DNA from: Candidatus Latescibacterota bacterium
Lineage (GTDB): Bacteria > Latescibacterota > UBA2968
Assembly: GCA_965204375.1 (NCBI GenBank)
Contig: OZ241986.1
Span: 4,352,001-4,416,000, forward strand
DNA length: 64,000 bases
Direction: 5' to 3'
Shown here: one piece after another, positions 19,684 to 29,400 of the stretch
Layout of the letters: the number at the start of each line of letters is the position of its first letter
Numbering within the stretch: the first letter of the stretch is position 1
Notes under the pieces: model-generated
What the model was told of the DNA's origin: nothing
What the model saw: only the letters and a program-made list of their open reading frames with translations
Database searches by the model: none
Program-made: the position numbers and the translations under genes

Positions 19684-20165
19684 TCGCAGTTGTAGATGCC
19701 AATATTCTTATTCTTTTTGCGCGTGCCAACTTTTTTCATTTATTAACAGAAGTTTTTGATTCTATTCTGATTACGTCAGATATTTATGAAGAAGTGGTCC
19801 TAAAAAGTGCTGGTCGTCCAGGTGCTGATGAAGTTCAGAAGGCTCAAAATATCGTACAGCAATCCCTCAAGCAACCAGAATGGTTGACAGAGCTAACCGG
19901 GTATAATATTGATTCTGCCGACGCGTCAATTGTTCAACTGGCATCCGAATGCCAGCCGGATTTTTTACTGAGCGATGATCGACGAGTGAGAGAAATTGCT
20001 CAACGTCTTGACATACCAATTATGGGCAGTGGAGGCTTGCTGATTGCGGCAAAGAGTCGGGGATTGATTCCTGAAGTTACATCTCGGCTCAATCAATTGA
20101 GATTACACGGGGCGAGGATAAGTGAGAGGACTTATAGCGATATTCTGAGAGCTGCTGGCGAATAA
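19680..20165 (+). CDS. DUF3368 PIN-domain toxin
   Basis: VVDANILI, LLSDDRRVR, GSGGLLIAAKSRGLI. Confidence 0.85.
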   Translation: MIAVVDANILILFARANFFHLLTEVFDSILITSDIYEEVVLKSAGRPGADEVQKAQNIVQQSLKQPEWLTELTGYNIDSADASIVQLASECQPDFLLSDDRRVREIAQRLDIPIMGSGGLLIAAKSRGLIPEVTSRLNQLRLHGARISERTYSDILRAAGE

Positions 20166-20201
20166 GTCGTTTGAGTTTGCGATTTTCCCTTGGCGTTTTA
20201 C

Positions 20202-21983
20202 CTACCAAAAACTGACAAACCCCGTGAGTTCAAGACGGCGTTTCACGCGCTGGAGTTTATGTGTTGTGCGGGGATAGGTGGAATCACAAAAAGCGATCAG
20301 CGCGTCCAGCAAACCGGCGAGTTCATCTCCCGCGCCGGACAGGCGTGGGAGAATTTTTTGTAAAATCTGATAATCAAAAGCATCTCGGGGTGTAAACGCC
20401 GGCGCATTTGATGGAAGCCCCTCAATCAAATCGAGCGCATACGCCATATAAATGAGAACCTCATCGCGAATGCGATAGCCAAAATGCAAATCCGCCTCCG
20501 CGAGCACCGCGTTAATCTCCTCCAACGGCTCATTCCACGCAACAACCTCATCGCGGTGGCGGACATCCTCCAACTGGCGATAGGGCCGATCAATCAGCGC
20601 AGCACCCAGCGCGCGCAGAGCCGTCGAATCAATCTGCACCTCGGGATCATAATCCGACAACCCCAGATCAACGCGATCAAAAGCAACCGTATTCGCCCTA
20701 TCCAGCACCTTGGGACTAAACGCATAAGTCGTCTCATCCATATTGACCGTACCTGCCACAAACAAATTGGGTGGAATGGGCAAACGCGAAGGCACATCTC
20801 CCATCTCATCCGTTGACACCACATCCCCACCCTGCGCCAATTCAATCGGATCTGTCGTCCACGCCCCATCGGGCGTGCGCCTCGCCGTCTCCATAACACT
20901 CAAAAAATCGGCAAAATAGTGTTCTACGCGAGCGAGATTCATCTCGTCCAAACACACAAAATAGGGACGGTCCGGATCGCCCTGTGCCTCGCACATCGCC
21001 TGAAGCAACGCACCCGGGCGAAACACCCCCGTGAGCAAATTTTCAAACCCGAGCAAATCGCGCACATCGTTCCAATCCGGGCGCACGGGAATCAGGCGAT
21101 ACCCTCTCGCTCGCCCCTCATCGAGACCATTGATCGCCTCGGCCAAAAGCCGAATCACCGTACTCTTCCCAGTCCCGGATATCCCCGCCAGAATAAGAAA
21201 AGGTTTGGTCTTCAAACACAGATAGAGATTGAACAACATCCCCGCTTCAATATGGAAATTCTTCAGCGCCGTAAACCTGTAAAGATCGCACAACAGCTCT
21301 GCCTCCACAGGCACGAGCGCATCTCGCACAACACCGGCTTCTGCGGGATCGGGCATATTATATACAATGCTGCTTTTAGAGGTCTGGTATCTCGCTCTTG
21401 TAAACACCGCATACAGCGCGTAGAGATCCCCCAGCACCGTCTTAATATCCTCAACAAGAGTCGGCACCGCAGCTTCATCCGGCATAAGAATCGAACCGAC
21501 AAACAGCGAGCGATCAACCCCGTCAAGCCTGGATGGCGACCACGGCACGGAACGACCTGGTGACGCCACAATAATATCACCCGCCAAACAGCGATACCCT
21601 TTGCGCGGCACCACACCGCGAAACTTCTTGCGATCCGCAATCGCCTTTTGCATCGCCTCGGATGTCCACCAGCCAGAGTAAAAGCCAATAGCGACGGCAT
21701 TGTGGTGCAAATAAATACCCAATTGAGGCAACCGGGGAAACGCGCTCTTCTTCAGCTTGCGATCCACAAAATAAAGACACGCGTGATCCCGAGGCCGATC
21801 GGGATTGGAGCGAAAATTAGTCGTCGCGTAAACAGGTGAAATAACAGCCGTGAGGTCTGGATGCTGTTTCGTCAGGACGGGTTCGATCTCATCGCGCAGG
21901 ACTTGCATACGCCCATGCAGATGCTCAGCACCGATGCGCGTGCCATTACAGGCGAGAAAATCGTTGGGAGAGAAAGAGAACAT
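20202..21983 (-). CDS. McrB-like AAA+ GTPase
   Basis: Walker A GISGTGKS, VRPDW, LDEMNLARVEHYFADFLS, TVNMDE, KVLDRA, QKILPRL. Confidence 0.88.
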   Translation of the reverse strand: MFSFSPNDFLACNGTRIGAEHLHGRMQVLRDEIEPVLTKQHPDLTAVISPVYATTNFRSNPDRPRDHACLYFVDRKLKKSAFPRLPQLGIYLHHNAVAIGFYSGWWTSEAMQKAIADRKKFRGVVPRKGYRCLAGDIIVASPGRSVPWSPSRLDGVDRSLFVGSILMPDEAAVPTLVEDIKTVLGDLYALYAVFTRARYQTSKSSIVYNMPDPAEAGVVRDALVPVEAELLCDLYRFTALKNFHIEAGMLFNLYLCLKTKPFLILAGISGTGKSTVIRLLAEAINGLDEGRARGYRLIPVRPDWNDVRDLLGFENLLTGVFRPGALLQAMCEAQGDPDRPYFVCLDEMNLARVEHYFADFLSVMETARRTPDGAWTTDPIELAQGGDVVSTDEMGDVPSRLPIPPNLFVAGTVNMDETTYAFSPKVLDRANTVAFDRVDLGLSDYDPEVQIDSTALRALGAALIDRPYRQLEDVRHRDEVVAWNEPLEEINAVLAEADLHFGYRIRDEVLIYMAYALDLIEGLPSNAPAFTPRDAFDYQILQKILPRLSGAGDELAGLLDALIAFCDSTYPRTTHKLQRVKRRLELTGFVSFW

Positions 21984-22141
21984 AAACGTTGTCAATAGCC
22001 ATTAATCAAAAGTTGCGCCTGAGCACACCCAATTTATTTTGCAATAGAAAAATCGGGTCGCCTTTCTCGGCGTGTACCAATGTTAATTTCATAACCCAAT
22101 GTAGTAAGAATCTTAAATTGTATTCCGATGTGGTGGACACC

Positions 22142-23155
22142 ATGCGACAAGAGGTGGGATGGGCTTTTCAGTCGTTCTTTCAAAAGCACAAGCACGACAA
22201 GAAGGCACGGCCTCCAGGGTTCAGGAAGAAGACGCGACTCTCTCCGCTGCGCTATTCCCACCCCAACAATGGATCCATCAAGGTAATTCACAAGTGCGGA
22301 ATGACATATCTTCGCATTTCCCTTGGCACCACCCGAAAGGACGGTGTGCGCCGCCTCGTCTTTCGTCTCCACACTCGCCCAGATGTTGACCTTTCCCAGT
22401 TGAAGAACGTCCAGATCATCTACGATACGCACACACGGGTTTTCCAAGCCCGTCTGGTGGTCGAAATGGATGTTCCTGATAAGCCGGGAGAGGCCACCGT
22501 TGGTGTAGATATAGGCGAAGACTGGCTCATCGCCGCAGATTTCTGTGACGACACGCGGTATCTGGTTTGTGGACGGATGCTCAAGGCCACACGCCGATAC
22601 TGGCAGAAGGTCAGAGCAAAGGTCAAACCGCCCAGCCAGGACCATCCTGTGATGTCGAGACGCTATCGCCAGATTGCCCGAAAAGAAGCCCGACAAATCA
22701 CACATGCCCTCCATATCGCCAGCAGACGGTTTGTAGATGTGTGTGCCGATAAGGGTGTAGGACTTATCATTTTGGGAAACCTCACCGGCATCCGATCTGG
22801 CATCGCCTATGGCAAAAGGATGAATCAACGTCTGCACGCCTGGCCATATAATAGGCTCAGGACGATGATTGAATACAAGGCCGCACTGCTTGGCATAAAG
22901 GTCAAAGTCGTCTCGGAAAAATATACTTCGCAGACTTGCCCGCAATGTAATATAAGAAAGAAATCCAATCGCAAACATCGTGGTTGGTACTCCTGCCTAT
23001 GTGGCTTTGAAGGTCAAGCGGACCTGGTAGGTGCTTTCAATATCCACCGGCAGGTATCTGGGGTTCCCAGTAGTGGGCGTTCGGCGCGCCCCGTGGTCTT
23101 GGTGTTTGATCACCATACGGTCCACGAAGCTGCAAGTTCTCGGGAGGCCGCCTGA
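22142..23155 (+). CDS. tnpB: IS200/IS605-family TnpB (RNA-guided nuclease), N-terminally truncated
   Basis: PPGFRKK, RuvC-I VGVDIG, SEKYTSQTCPQC...CLCG zinc finger, RuvC-III ADLVGAFNI. Confidence 0.85.
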   Translation: MRQEVGWAFQSFFQKHKHDKKARPPGFRKKTRLSPLRYSHPNNGSIKVIHKCGMTYLRISLGTTRKDGVRRLVFRLHTRPDVDLSQLKNVQIIYDTHTRVFQARLVVEMDVPDKPGEATVGVDIGEDWLIAADFCDDTRYLVCGRMLKATRRYWQKVRAKVKPPSQDHPVMSRRYRQIARKEARQITHALHIASRRFVDVCADKGVGLIILGNLTGIRSGIAYGKRMNQRLHAWPYNRLRTMIEYKAALLGIKVKVVSEKYTSQTCPQCNIRKKSNRKHRGWYSCLCGFEGQADLVGAFNIHRQVSGVPSSGRSARPVVLVFDHHTVHEAASSREAA

Positions 23156-23225
23156 TAAAGGATGACCCCCGGAATCCTTTGACTTCAGTCGAGGGAGCAC
23201 GTCGATAATCCGTCTTAAAATTACT
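23050..23225 (+). ncRNA. putative TnpB omega-RNA / IS right end
   Basis: GGAATCCTTTGACTTCAGTCGAGGGAGCACGTC hairpin at 23171-23203 resembles IS200/605 right ends; boundaries approximate. Confidence 0.55.
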
Positions 23226-23419
23226 CGCCTATCCTTATTAGGATTCTCAAAATATAACCTCCAGATTATATTTATCAAGTCAAAGTTTGGATTGCTTCCT
23301 GATGTTACACAGATTTTTGGAAGCATGGAAGAGATTTTTGACTCTTGTATAAAAAAACCCCATTTAATATCCCTATAAGTTTAACTTGATTTCAAAAAAA
23401 ATTAAATTATATTGGAAAT

Positions 23420-23535
23420 TTATTACTATTGTAGTCATTGCGACGACTGGCAATTGATGGTGAAGAATATTTAAGACTGCAAGGAAGCAATGCTTTAAGC
23501 GCAGAGAACGATGCTGTTCTTTGCGCTTTATATTT
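23420..23535 (+). ncRNA. candidate ~110-nt sRNA
   Basis: TTGATT...TATATT promoter-like site near 23386-23413; nested stems TTGTAGTC/GACTGCAA and ATTGC/GCAAT; terminal hairpin 23497-23529; no ORF. Confidence 0.4.
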
Positions 23536-23849
23536 CATAACAACATACTGTGTAAAAAAGTTATTTACCCCCTATAGTGTATCCCGCAAACTGTGTTTTT
23601 TTGACTCTGGTCTATGAATCCACAGGGACGGGAGAGAATTTTTTTTTCTGAGCGAGTGGGAATTATCTTGACACTGCTACTTTGTTTACATTCTTTAACA
23701 TAAGAAATACTACATTCATAAATAAGAAAAAGGGAAATATTCTCACCTTTTTCATGACGGGGATGGTGCATCTTGTAGCATTCCGTCGGTAACCGTTGCG
23801 GCTGCGTAATAGCGCAAACCGTGACACAACCACATTCTGGGAGGTAGAA

Positions 23850-24176
23850 ATGGCAAGCAGAACTATTATTGTCCTGGTCATTATCCTCGCGATTGTGCAG
23901 GCCCTGGCGCCCGACGCAATCCCTGGGGGACTTGTGCCACTCGCACTGGTGATACTGGGACTACTCTACGCGATAGTGGCGATCGACGCTGAGGACTCGA
24001 CAGCCTACCTGGTCGTTGCGATTGCAGTCGGTGCTGCTGCAGGTGCGGATGTGTTGAGCAACATCCCGGGGATAGGTGCCCACCTGGACGCCATCGTCGA
24101 TCCGATCGCCACCGCCTTGTATGCCGGTGTCATAGCCATACTCGTGGAGAGGGGAGTAAACCGCATCAAGAGTTAA
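23850..24176 (+). CDS. small hydrophobic membrane protein, paralog 1 (108 aa)
   Basis: GGGAGG RBS; about 4 hydrophobic helices; highly similar to the next two ORFs. Confidence 0.85.
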   Translation: MASRTIIVLVIILAIVQALAPDAIPGGLVPLALVILGLLYAIVAIDAEDSTAYLVVAIAVGAAAGADVLSNIPGIGAHLDAIVDPIATALYAGVIAILVERGVNRIKS

Positions 24177-24246
24177 AGATGACTGGCGGATCAGCGACCT
24201 GTAGCCACAGGTCGTGACACACCAACCTATTCTGGGAGGAAGAAAT

Positions 24247-24573
24247 ATGGCAAGCAGGATTATTGTTAGCCTGATCGCCGCTCTGGCGATTATTCAGGGC
24301 CTGACGCCCGACGCGATCCCTGCGGGACTTGTGTCCCTCGCGCTGGTGATACTGGGTCTGGCCTACGCGGTGGTGGCGGTCACCGCTGATGACGAAACAA
24401 CCTACCTGATCGTTGCGCTTGCGGTCGGCGCTGCTGCAGGTGCGGATGCGTTGAGCGGCATCCCGCAGCTTGGTGCCCACCTGGACGCCATCGTCGATCC
24501 AATCAGCACCGCTTTGTATGCCGGCGTCATAACCATACTCGTGAAGGGGATAATGAATCACCTCAAGGGTTAA
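24247..24573 (+). CDS. small hydrophobic membrane protein, paralog 2 (108 aa)
   Basis: Shared AVGAAAGAD.LS.IP..GAHLDAIVDPI..ALYAGVI motif. Confidence 0.85.
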   Translation: MASRIIVSLIAALAIIQGLTPDAIPAGLVSLALVILGLAYAVVAVTADDETTYLIVALAVGAAAGADALSGIPQLGAHLDAIVDPISTALYAGVITILVKGIMNHLKG

Positions 24574-24617
24574 AACGTCTATGTCATAACACAACCAACT
24601 TATTCTGGGAGGATGAA

Positions 24618-24986
24618 ATGGTAGTCAGAATTATTGTTGCCCTGATCGTCATTCTGGCGATTATTCAGGGTTTGGCGGCCGGCGCGATTCCTGAAAATAT
24701 TGTGTCGATCGCGCTGGTGATTCTGGGCCTGGTGTACGGGGGGATGGCGCTCGACGCTGAAGATGCGACATCCTTCCTGGTCGTTGCGATTGCGGTCGGT
24801 GCTGCTGCAGGTGCGGACGTATTGAGCAACATACAGGTAATAGGCGAGAAACTGGACGCCATCGTCGATCCGATCACTATCGCTCTGTATGCCGGCGTCA
24901 TAACCGTATTCGCAAAGAGGGTATTAAATCGCGTCCTATCGTCTGATGATGGTGGCGGTGAAAGTGCTGGCGGCGGTGAAGAATAG
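24618..24986 (+). CDS. small hydrophobic membrane protein, paralog 3 (122 aa, acidic Gly-rich tail)
   Basis: Same motif; ends SSDDGGGESAGGGEE. Confidence 0.85.
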   Translation: MVVRIIVALIVILAIIQGLAAGAIPENIVSIALVILGLVYGGMALDAEDATSFLVVAIAVGAAAGADVLSNIQVIGEKLDAIVDPITIALYAGVITVFAKRVLNRVLSSDDGGGESAGGGEE

Positions 24987-25018
24987 TTAAAAGTTGCACA
25001 GAATTTTGTTATATTACA

Positions 25019-25051
25019 AAGCGCAGAGAGCAATGCCGTTCTCTGCGCTTT
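25019..25051 (+). terminator. hairpin after the paralog cluster; near copy of 23497-23529
   Basis: AAGCGCAGAGA...TCTCTGCGCTTT, 29/33 identical to the upstream copy. Confidence 0.6.
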
Positions 25052-25069
25052 CTTCATACAGGAGATTTT

Positions 25070-25603
25070 ATGGGTATAGATAATCTGCGGTCGGCAATGC
25101 CCGACTATGCGCGGGACATTCGGTTGAACCTGGGATCGGTCATATCTGCGTCGAGCCTCGACCCGGCAATGGCCTGGGGATCGGCACTCACCGCAGCACT
25201 GGTATCCAAAAATGAACAGGTGATTCAGAACATCATCGAAGACGCACAGGCCGTTATGGACGAGCAACACATAAAAGCCGTGAAATCCGCCGCTGCCATG
25301 ATGAGCATGACCAATGTATGGTATAAATTCACCGACCTCATTCGAGATAACGACGTGAAGAAACAGCCGCCCAAATTGCGAATGAATGCCGTGTTGACCC
25401 ACGGCGGTGTCGATCGCGCATTGTTCGAAGCGTGGAGCCTCTCGGCGAGTGTGGTAAACGCATGTGGTATCTGCGTCAACGCACACGCATCGCAATTGAA
25501 CAAACTGGGCATTGACGCACAACAAATCGCAGACATCGCCCGCATCGCCACCGTAATAAAATCAGTGGCCGATACACTGTCCTTCGAAGCGCTATCCAGT
25601 TGA
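25070..25603 (+). CDS. ahpD: alkyl hydroperoxide reductase AhpD (CMD family)
   Basis: PDYARDIRLNL, MSMTNVWY, LRMN, FEAWSLSASVVNACGICVNAH. Confidence 0.9.
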   Translation: MGIDNLRSAMPDYARDIRLNLGSVISASSLDPAMAWGSALTAALVSKNEQVIQNIIEDAQAVMDEQHIKAVKSAAAMMSMTNVWYKFTDLIRDNDVKKQPPKLRMNAVLTHGGVDRALFEAWSLSASVVNACGICVNAHASQLNKLGIDAQQIADIARIATVIKSVADTLSFEALSS

Positions 25604-25709
25604 CAGTACAACGCTTCGCATTTCTCGAAAGGAGGTCACAGGGATTGATGCTATTGCATTTGAAAAATCTCTTTAACACATTAATACATCGTCGAGAAAG
25701 GAGTTTTGG

Positions 25710-26408
25710 TTGAAAAAATTACTCTTGATTTTATGCGTTGCGGCCCTGTTGCCAAACGCGCAGGCAACCGCAGGAGAAGGAGCTTTCGGCGCTGGCGGCT
25801 TTTTTGACTTCTACATTCCCCTCTTCAACTTCAAAGACATGTACGACAGCGGTACCAAATTTGGAGGCACAGCGCACTATATCTATCACAAGCGCAAGAT
25901 GGTCGAGGTGGAATTTCACCACGCCCGCTTCAACGACGGCAGCCTTGAAACGCGCACCTTTAGCTTCAGCGACGGCAAAGAATACACCAGTCCACAGGCC
26001 GAAGCCAACATGACCATCAACAGCATCCATGCCAACTGGCTATTTGCAATACAAGAAAAAGGATTCGGACAGGGCACAACGACCTATCTCACATTTGGCG
26101 CGGGCCTGCACGATTACGCCAGCAAAGTCAGCGGTCTGATCTTTGCCGGTCAAACGCCTTCGGGTGCCGGCGCGCCTCCCGATCCAAACATCCTCCTGGA
26201 ACCCATCAACGACACGCGTACATCTTTCAGTGCCAGCTTTGGCGGCGGGATTCAAATCGGCCTGGGAGACAAAGCCGCGTTAGATGTGCGCGCGCGCTAC
26301 AATATCGTGATGGGAGAATTGCGTCCCTTTCTCATTTGGGGCATAGAAAAAACATATCCCTTTAACCTCATCGATATCGGTGCCGGTATCAAATTCAACC
26401 TCAATTAA
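25710..26408 (+). CDS. outer-membrane beta-barrel protein
   Basis: Signal peptide, amphipathic strands, terminal GIKFNLN; AAAGGAG RBS with TTG start. Confidence 0.8.
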   Translation: MKKLLLILCVAALLPNAQATAGEGAFGAGGFFDFYIPLFNFKDMYDSGTKFGGTAHYIYHKRKMVEVEFHHARFNDGSLETRTFSFSDGKEYTSPQAEANMTINSIHANWLFAIQEKGFGQGTTTYLTFGAGLHDYASKVSGLIFAGQTPSGAGAPPDPNILLEPINDTRTSFSASFGGGIQIGLGDKAALDVRARYNIVMGELRPFLIWGIEKTYPFNLIDIGAGIKFNLN

Positions 26409-26422
26409 AAGGAGACCCGCGA

Positions 26423-29400
26423 ATGAAACGAATAGCTATGGTATGCGTACTTCTGTGTTTTGCCTCTCATCTCTATGCGGGCACCACGGGTAAAATCGCC
26501 GGTGTCATCAAAGACGACCAGGGCAATCCGCTTCCCGGCGCCAATGTGATCGTGGAAGGCACGCGACTCGGCGCTGTGGCAGATGCCGATGGCAGCTATT
26601 TTATCATCAATATCCTGCCGGGGCGACACGCGCTCACGGCTTCACTCATCGGATATACCAATCAAACCCAGAGCGATGTATCGGTCAAAACCGACTTCAC
26701 CACGCCTCTTGACTTTCAACTCAAAGAAACCACCGTCGAATTGGCCGAACTCACGGTCGTGGCCGAACGCCCACCCGTGGAAAGAGACAAAACCACGAGC
26801 AAATACATCATGGGTGGTGATACGATAGATCGCCTATCTACAGCGGCAAACACCTCAGAACTCATGAGCCTTCAGGCAGGCGTCTCTCTCGACAACAACG
26901 AACCCGCCATTCGCGGCAGCTACCAGGGCAACCGCGGCAACACGGAAACACTCGTCTATGTAGATGGCGTTGTCATGGATGCGGGCACTGCCCGGGGCGA
27001 TGTTCAATTTGTCGGAGTCAACAGCGACGCCGTGCAAGAAATCACCGTCATCACTGGCGGGATGGAAGCCGAATACGGCAATGCCACATCTGGCGCCATC
27101 CACATCATCACCCGAGAAGGCGGCAAAAATTTTCACGGCAAAGGCGGCTTCACGTATATCCCACCGGGCAAAAAACACTGGGGCGGCAATGTCTATGACA
27201 GCCCCATCCACAAAGGCAGAATGAAATGGGGCGATGCGACATGGGAAAATGAAACATACACAGATCCCGGCCCAGACCGCCAGATGGGAACGGGCGACGA
27301 CATCACTCGTCTGGCCCACGAGCGCACGGACTATACGGGCATTCACGGTTATGAAGTCGATGGGTCACTCTCGGGTCCATTGCTGGGAAATGCTTCCTTT
27401 TTTGTCACGGCACAGCACGAGGGACAAGCCTCGCATTTTCCCTCCCCTACCAAACGCGGCATCTTCCATCAGGCCGTCTCAACATCACCACAAACCGCCC
27501 GCTGGATCGAATCGCCCTACAACATCAAAGGCACCTACAAACTGTCCTGGGATGTGCAATCCAACATAAAAGTTAAAGTCGGCGGCATCTATGCGCGCCA
27601 CGAAGCCTATCAGGTCGGCGAGGGCGAAAGCTGGGTACAGGGCGTCAAGCGCACCGTTGGTCGAGAACTCCAGGGCATCGACATCTTTCTTCCCGCAGGC
27701 GAAGCCGGTGCAGGCATCGCCAACGTCAAACACGACCTGGCATACATATCCCTCACGCACACCCTGAGCAACAAAACCTTTTACGAAGCCCGGCTATCCT
27801 ATTACCGCGACGCCACAGATACCACCAATGTGCCGGGTGTCACCAGCCAATTTGGGGGCGGCATTACAGAACCGCTCAGAAAAGATCAGGACGGGGTATT
27901 CACCATTGGCCCCAGACGGGTCTCCATCTGGATCAACGACCACCGCGCCCGCCTCAACTTCAAACTCGATTATTCCAGCCAGATCAACAAGAACCACTTT
28001 ATCAAAACCGGCATTGATCTGACGCGGCACACCTACTGGTGGAACCAGATCAACTGGCCGCAGGCTGGAAAATCGCGCTATCAACTCGCGGGCGTACCCT
28101 ACGAAATGGGCGAACCCATTAACCCCATCCAATCCGCCTTTTACCTCCAGGACAAAATGGAATTTGAAGGCATCATCGTCAATCTGGGCATCCGCTACGA
28201 CAGACACGACCACAATGGCGATTTTTACTCCCCACTTGCCAACAATGCCTGGGGCGGAGCACCCATGACCAACTCGTGGTCCCGGCAACGCAAATTTATG
28301 CCGCGCACCACGGTATCCACCAAATCGGCCTGGAGTCCTCGCCTGGGCGTTTCGCACCCCATTACGGCCAATGCCATCATTCGATTTTCCTACGGCATCT
28401 TTCATCAGATGCCCGGGTTCTGGCACCTCTATTCCTACGAATGGCGCGGCGTTGCGCCCCCCGAAGACTTCAACAACAACGGCCAAATCGACGATACCGA
28501 ATGGCTCAATAAAAACAACCAGCGAGCCACCACGGGCAATCCCCATCTCGACTACAAACGCTCCACCAATTTCGAGGTGGGCACAGACTGGAACTTCTAT
28601 CAGGACTACGTCCTGAGCTTCACCACTTATCAGCAAAGCGTTGACGGTCAAGTTCGATTCGGCAATGCCCTGTGGCGAGATCCCAGTCGCAAAAGTCAGG
28701 TGGGACGCAACACACCGCTGGGTTATGTCTTTACAGACAATCGGGGATTTGAAATGAGTCTGCGAAAGGACTTCAGCCAGAACTTCTCCTTCCAGGTGGC
28801 CTACAACCACCAGTGGCAGTCGGGAGGCAATGCGGGAATCAACCGGATTATTTACTTCCCCAACTCGCAATTTATCGCGTCCGATCTCTATTTCATCCAG
28901 CACACCAAAGACACCAATGGCGATGGCGTAGTCGATGCCAGCGACGACGGCTCAGAAGCAAAAGTACCGCTTACATCGCAGCAGATTCAGGATATCGGCG
29001 CCGAAGCAGACCGCTATATCCAGACCATTCGAGAGGGCACCAACCCCGACTGGAACCCGCTGACCGACAGCGAAATGCAAGAAGTGGAAAATCTGCCGGG
29101 TGTCTTTTACTTCACCCGCAACACCACCTCTGATCGCAGTGCGGGGCGCGGTGGTGCCGCAGAAACCGCTGGTTTTGGCGATCGACGTGGCACCATGAAA
29201 ATCGCATTTACGTATGAAACGCCCATGCATTACGGTCCAGCCCTCGGCGGTTTCAGGCTCAATGTAATCAACACCCTGAAAACGGGACGCCGAATCAACA
29301 TTCCGCATCCCACACAGGGCAATGTCGAGCGATTTGGCCCTATGGAAACCAAGACCAATCTGTCTCTGGAAAAACGCTTTCGCACAGGTCGAACAGAGGC

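Noticed and set aside
21989-22141. N-terminal 51 aa of the TnpB ORF as called
   Set aside because: Mostly the divergent promoter region; only the last few residues look TnpB-like.
24178-24225. ZTP (pfl) riboswitch suggested by GACTGGCG
   Set aside because: The remaining consensus and 3' pseudoknot are absent, and the gene context does not fit.
25604-25709. Cobalamin/TPP riboswitch before the TonB operon
   Set aside because: No conserved boxes; only a short TTTCTCGA/TCGAGAAA pairing near the RBS.
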